Positions 23,337 through 26,302 of a DNA stretch of 26,302 nucleotides are shown one piece after another. The position numbers were made by a program, and so were the translations under genes. The notes under the pieces were generated by a model that had not been told where the DNA came from, did no database searches, and saw only the letters and a list, made by a program, of their open reading frames with translations. Location of the stretch: the IMG/VR virus record IMGVR_UViG_3300015050_000883, positions 1 to 26,302 of that record, one strand, 5' to 3'. This DNA is from a virus. Lineage: Duplodnaviria; Caudoviricetes. Each line of letters opens with the position of its first letter. The stretch's first letter is position 1.

Positions 23337-26302
23337 ATGCCTAGAATTAAAATTATAAGTAAAGGATTACCTAAAGCTTTAGCAGGATTAAATATCCCTA
23401 TGCTTACTACTACTACTACTAAAGATCCATTGAGTGGTATGTCGTTATCTATTGCTGACAATGCAAATAATAAGCAAGCTGTAAATAGTTCTACTTTAAC
23501 ACAATCTTCTGTAGCACCTTTACGGTATGGAGAATTAGATGAGGATGGTAATAATATATTTGATTCTGCTACAGAATATTCTGTTTCTAAATCAAAAAAT
23601 CCAATAAAAACCACTACAACTAATTCATCAGCATTAACTAATTCATCAGCATTAGGTAAATTTAATAAGGGTATAGATCAAGCTTTTACAATGGCTAATA
23701 TGGCTCTTAGCTATTTTGATAAACAAAAAAAACAAAAAGAATATAATAAGTGGATGGCTCAAAGTATGCAACCACATAATTCTTATAGTGTAGATACTTT
23801 TACTAATAGAGGAGACTATGATATTAATGATGGTATGTTTAAACCTGATGAAATGGGCTATAAAAGTAAAGGAACTCAAGCTAATCCTTTTGGAGCAAGT
23901 TCTACTTTTCAAAAGTATGGTGGTATGTTTAAAGCTGCAGATGGTATAACAGTTCCTGGTGATCAAATTGTACAAAGAGCATTTCTTCCTGATGTTTCTA
24001 CAGATGTAGTAGGTCCAGTTAGAACAGCTGCTCCTGTAAGTGCTCCTGTAAGTGCTCCTGTTTCTGAAAATGTTTCAACAAAATCTTATAAGTCTTCAGG
24101 TGCAAATCCAATGGCTTCTCAAACTTGGAATGATTATTCAAAAGAATTTAAAGGAGTAACAAATCTAGGAATATGGGGGGATGAGAAACATAAAAAAACT
24201 ACAAGTGATCATAATACAGGGGATGCATTAGATCTTGGAATTACTGATTTAAATCAAGGATCTGCAGTTGCTCAACAAATACTTGCAGATGCTAAAAATA
24301 GAAATGTTAAATACGTTATCTTTAATAAACAAATATGGAACCCATCTGTATCAAATGAATGGAGACCATATACAGGTCCAGATCCTCATACAGGGCATGT
24401 TCATATAAGTTTTAATAGAAGTGCTAAATCAAGTAATAATGGACAACAAATCTCTCTTAGTCATAATAACCCAATGAATGTACACTATGGTAACTTTGCT
24501 GCAAAATATGGAGCTAAACCTGGTGCTGATGATAATGGAGGTAAAGTGGCTATATTTCCAGATTTAGAAACTGGTATTCAGGCTAATAAAGATTTAATGT
24601 TTGGTTCAGGATATAATAACCTCACTATAGCAGAAGCTAGAAATAAATGGGTATCTGGTAATTCAGGTCAACATAATAATTCTACTGATGAAATAGTAAA
24701 AGCTATGGGTGGGAATAAAAGATTATCTGCATTATCTCTTGAAGAAAAAGATAAACTATTTAAACAGTTTACAAAATGGGAAGGTAAAGAATCTTATAAC
24801 ATAATTAAAGATAGAAAAATTTTTAATGAAGGTGGTCAATCCACTGATAATACTACTAATATGAAAATACGTATCGTTGGTGGTCCTACTAACATGGCCC
24901 AGGGTGGTGAATCTCAGTATAGTGGACAAAGTGATTATGGTCTTTATATAGGCCAACGTAATCTGTATAACACAATGGCTAAAAATCCATACACTGAAGC
25001 TGAAGATAAAGTAAAAGAACAAGATGAAACTAAAAATAATCCTTATGTGCTTGAGGCAGAAGGTGGAGAAACTATTCTTCGTCCTGATGGAACACATATG
25101 AAAATAAGTGGTTCTAGTCATGCTAATGGTGGTGTTAAACTTACTAAACAACAAGCACCTCAAGGATCTTTTATTTATTCTGATACACAGAAAATGAAGA
25201 TTAAAAATCCTCAAGTTTTAAATTATTTTGGTAAAAGCCCTAAAAAATCTGGAATTACTCCAGCTGATGTTGCTAAACAATATGATGTAAATAAATACAT
25301 AGGAATTATTCAAAATCCTTATGCTGATCCTATAGCTAAAAAAACAGCTACAAAAATGATAGAAAACTATCAAAGAAAATTAGCTGAACTTGCTTTAGTT
25401 CAAGAAAGTATTAAAGGATTTCCACAAGGTATTCCTGAAGTAGCTAAAGGATTAGTTTCTAAAGAACAAGGACAACAACAAGGAGAAGAACAATCTCAAG
25501 CTGCCTATGGTGGTTATTTTGCTAATGGTGGTATGCCTGATTATGCTATGGGTGGAGGATGTCCTCCAGGAGAATTATTTGATGAAGAACTTCAAATGTG
25601 TGTAAAATTTCCTAGAAGTTTAAAAAATAATTTTCAAAATAATAATAATAGATATTATCAACAATATGGAAATCGTAAACCAGTAGGATTAGATTTTAAT
25701 TTTAACAATGATAAAAAAACATATAACATAGGTGTTGGAGCTAACTCAGTTATTAATAATGGTAAAGTAGGTAATATTAACTATAATGCTTCTGCTGCAT
25801 TTCCTAGACTATTTGGTAATAATAAAGGATTATCTGTAACAGGTAATTATGCTGGTGGTAATTTAAGAATTGGTGCAAATACTAAATTTCCATTATTACG
25901 TGGGACTCTTGGAATTAATGGAGGATACACTCAAAACTTTAATGATCAAAATTCTGATTCTCAAAGTATGATGATGTCAAGACCAAATACATCACAGTCT
26001 AATTTAAATGTAGGGGCTGAATGGAATGGTAAGATAGGAAAAACAAATGTTAAAATATCTGGTAATTATGGTAATCCTTCAGGTAGGTTTGCTCAAGGTG
26101 GTGTACCACAATATCAAATAGCTGGTGAAGCTCCTGCCGATGAAGGTAAGTTTGATCCTAATGATATATTTGGTATTAAACGAATGTTATTTAATGCTGG
26201 CAGTGCTAATAATGCAAATGGAGTTGCTAAACAAGCAGGACCTTACCCTAATGCTTTTAATACATATGTTCCTGCTTGGTTTAAACCATGGCTTAAGTCT
26301 AA
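23337..26302 (+). CDS. Large virion cargo-like protein, 3'-truncated (at least 988 aa): M15/LAS-type peptidase, NNPxN lysozyme-like domain, EAEGGE/SHxxGG domain, beta-barrel-like region
   Basis: Translated by hand: ATG at 23337, two nt after the previous TAA, with no stop to the window end (MPRIKIISKG...FKPWLKS). H-x6-D (24210/24231) and HxH (24396/24402); NNPMN (24465) ... KWEG (24774). Absent from the supplied track, presumably because it lacks a stop. Confidence 0.85.
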   Translation, partial: MPRIKIISKGLPKALAGLNIPMLTTTTTKDPLSGMSLSIADNANNKQAVNSSTLTQSSVAPLRYGELDEDGNNIFDSATEYSVSKSKNPIKTTTTNSSALTNSSALGKFNKGIDQAFTMANMALSYFDKQKKQKEYNKWMAQSMQPHNSYSVDTFTNRGDYDINDGMFKPDEMGYKSKGTQANPFGASSTFQKYGGMFKAADGITVPGDQIVQRAFLPDVSTDVVGPVRTAAPVSAPVSAPVSENVSTKSYKSSGANPMASQTWNDYSKEFKGVTNLGIWGDEKHKKTTSDHNTGDALDLGITDLNQGSAVAQQILADAKNRNVKYVIFNKQIWNPSVSNEWRPYTGPDPHTGHVHISFNRSAKSSNNGQQISLSHNNPMNVHYGNFAAKYGAKPGADDNGGKVAIFPDLETGIQANKDLMFGSGYNNLTIAEARNKWVSGNSGQHNNSTDEIVKAMGGNKRLSALSLEEKDKLFKQFTKWEGKESYNIIKDRKIFNEGGQSTDNTTNMKIRIVGGPTNMAQGGESQYSGQSDYGLYIGQRNLYNTMAKNPYTEAEDKVKEQDETKNNPYVLEAEGGETILRPDGTHMKISGSSHANGGVKLTKQQAPQGSFIYSDTQKMKIKNPQVLNYFGKSPKKSGITPADVAKQYDVNKYIGIIQNPYADPIAKKTATKMIENYQRKLAELALVQESIKGFPQGIPEVAKGLVSKEQGQQQGEEQSQAAYGGYFANGGMPDYAMGGGCPPGELFDEELQMCVKFPRSLKNNFQNNNNRYYQQYGNRKPVGLDFNFNNDKKTYNIGVGANSVINNGKVGNINYNASAAFPRLFGNNKGLSVTGNYAGGNLRIGANTKFPLLRGTLGINGGYTQNFNDQNSDSQSMMMSRPNTSQSNLNVGAEWNGKIGKTNVKISGNYGNPSGRFAQGGVPQYQIAGEAPADEGKFDPNDIFGIKRMLFNAGSANNANGVAKQAGPYPNAFNTYVPAWFKPWLKS
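23619..23654 (+). repeat. 18-nt tandem repeat ACTAATTCATCAGCATTA x2 (TNSSAL)
   Basis: Direct reading. Confidence 0.85.
24030..24061 (+). repeat. 12-nt tandem repeat GCTCCTGTAAGT, about 2.7 copies (APVS)
   Basis: Direct reading; lies in the linker before the M15-like domain. Confidence 0.85.

Noticed and set aside
1204-25214. Short minus-strand and alternative-frame ORFs in the supplied track (e.g. 1204-1401, 2229-2447, 5970-6164, 7942-8190, 8273-8635, 13898-14080, 22508-22705, 23291-23614, 23652-23975, 24756-25214)
   Set aside because: All lie wholly or mostly over long + strand genes with recognisable motifs, including the unlisted 23337 ORF. They have no motifs of their own and look like shadow ORFs.
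176-26302. Stop-codon reassignment (TAG or TGA), known in some crAss-like phages
   Set aside because: Genes are full length under the standard code and tile the window. Fourteen complete genes end in TAA and one in TGA (12052), with no fragmentation. TAG is unused as a stop, so recoding elsewhere cannot be excluded, but nothing here supports it.
16613-26302. Virion RNA polymerase among the large cargo proteins, as in other crAss-like phages
   Set aside because: No DxDxD catalytic motif in a double-psi barrel context was seen in these ORFs; it may lie outside the window.

Overview
AT-rich, gene-dense window with all genes on the + strand. It is best read as the virion/tail module of a crAss-like (Crassvirales-related) phage of a Bacteroidota host; this rests on motif recognition and gene order, and no search was run. 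Left to right: (i) five Cys/Thr-rich modular fibre- or decoration-like genes with mucin-like poly-Thr linkers (176-5966); (ii) a glycosylation cassette: a GT-A enzyme with motifs of plant peptide O-glycosyltransferases (HPAT/SERGT1) and a methyltransferase-glycosyltransferase fusion, closed by a terminator (6045-8225); (iii) a metallophosphoesterase; (iv) an IHF-like gene, two ring/tail-tubular genes, a small HExxH protein and a 1522-aa muzzle-like protein; (v) three large cargo-like proteins, the last (23337 to window end) missing from the supplied ORF track. The cargo proteins are strings of domains (three zincins, Zn ribbon, L,D-transpeptidase, M15-like peptidase, lysozyme-like, beta-barrel-like) punctuated by about 28 copies of a [F/Y/M]xxGG or xxYGG motif. 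The two best candidates for undescribed systems are a GG-delimited virion cargo polyprotein system and a phage-encoded O-glycosylation system for mucin-like fibres. A 39-bp putative phage promoter occurs twice (47-85, 9522-9560).
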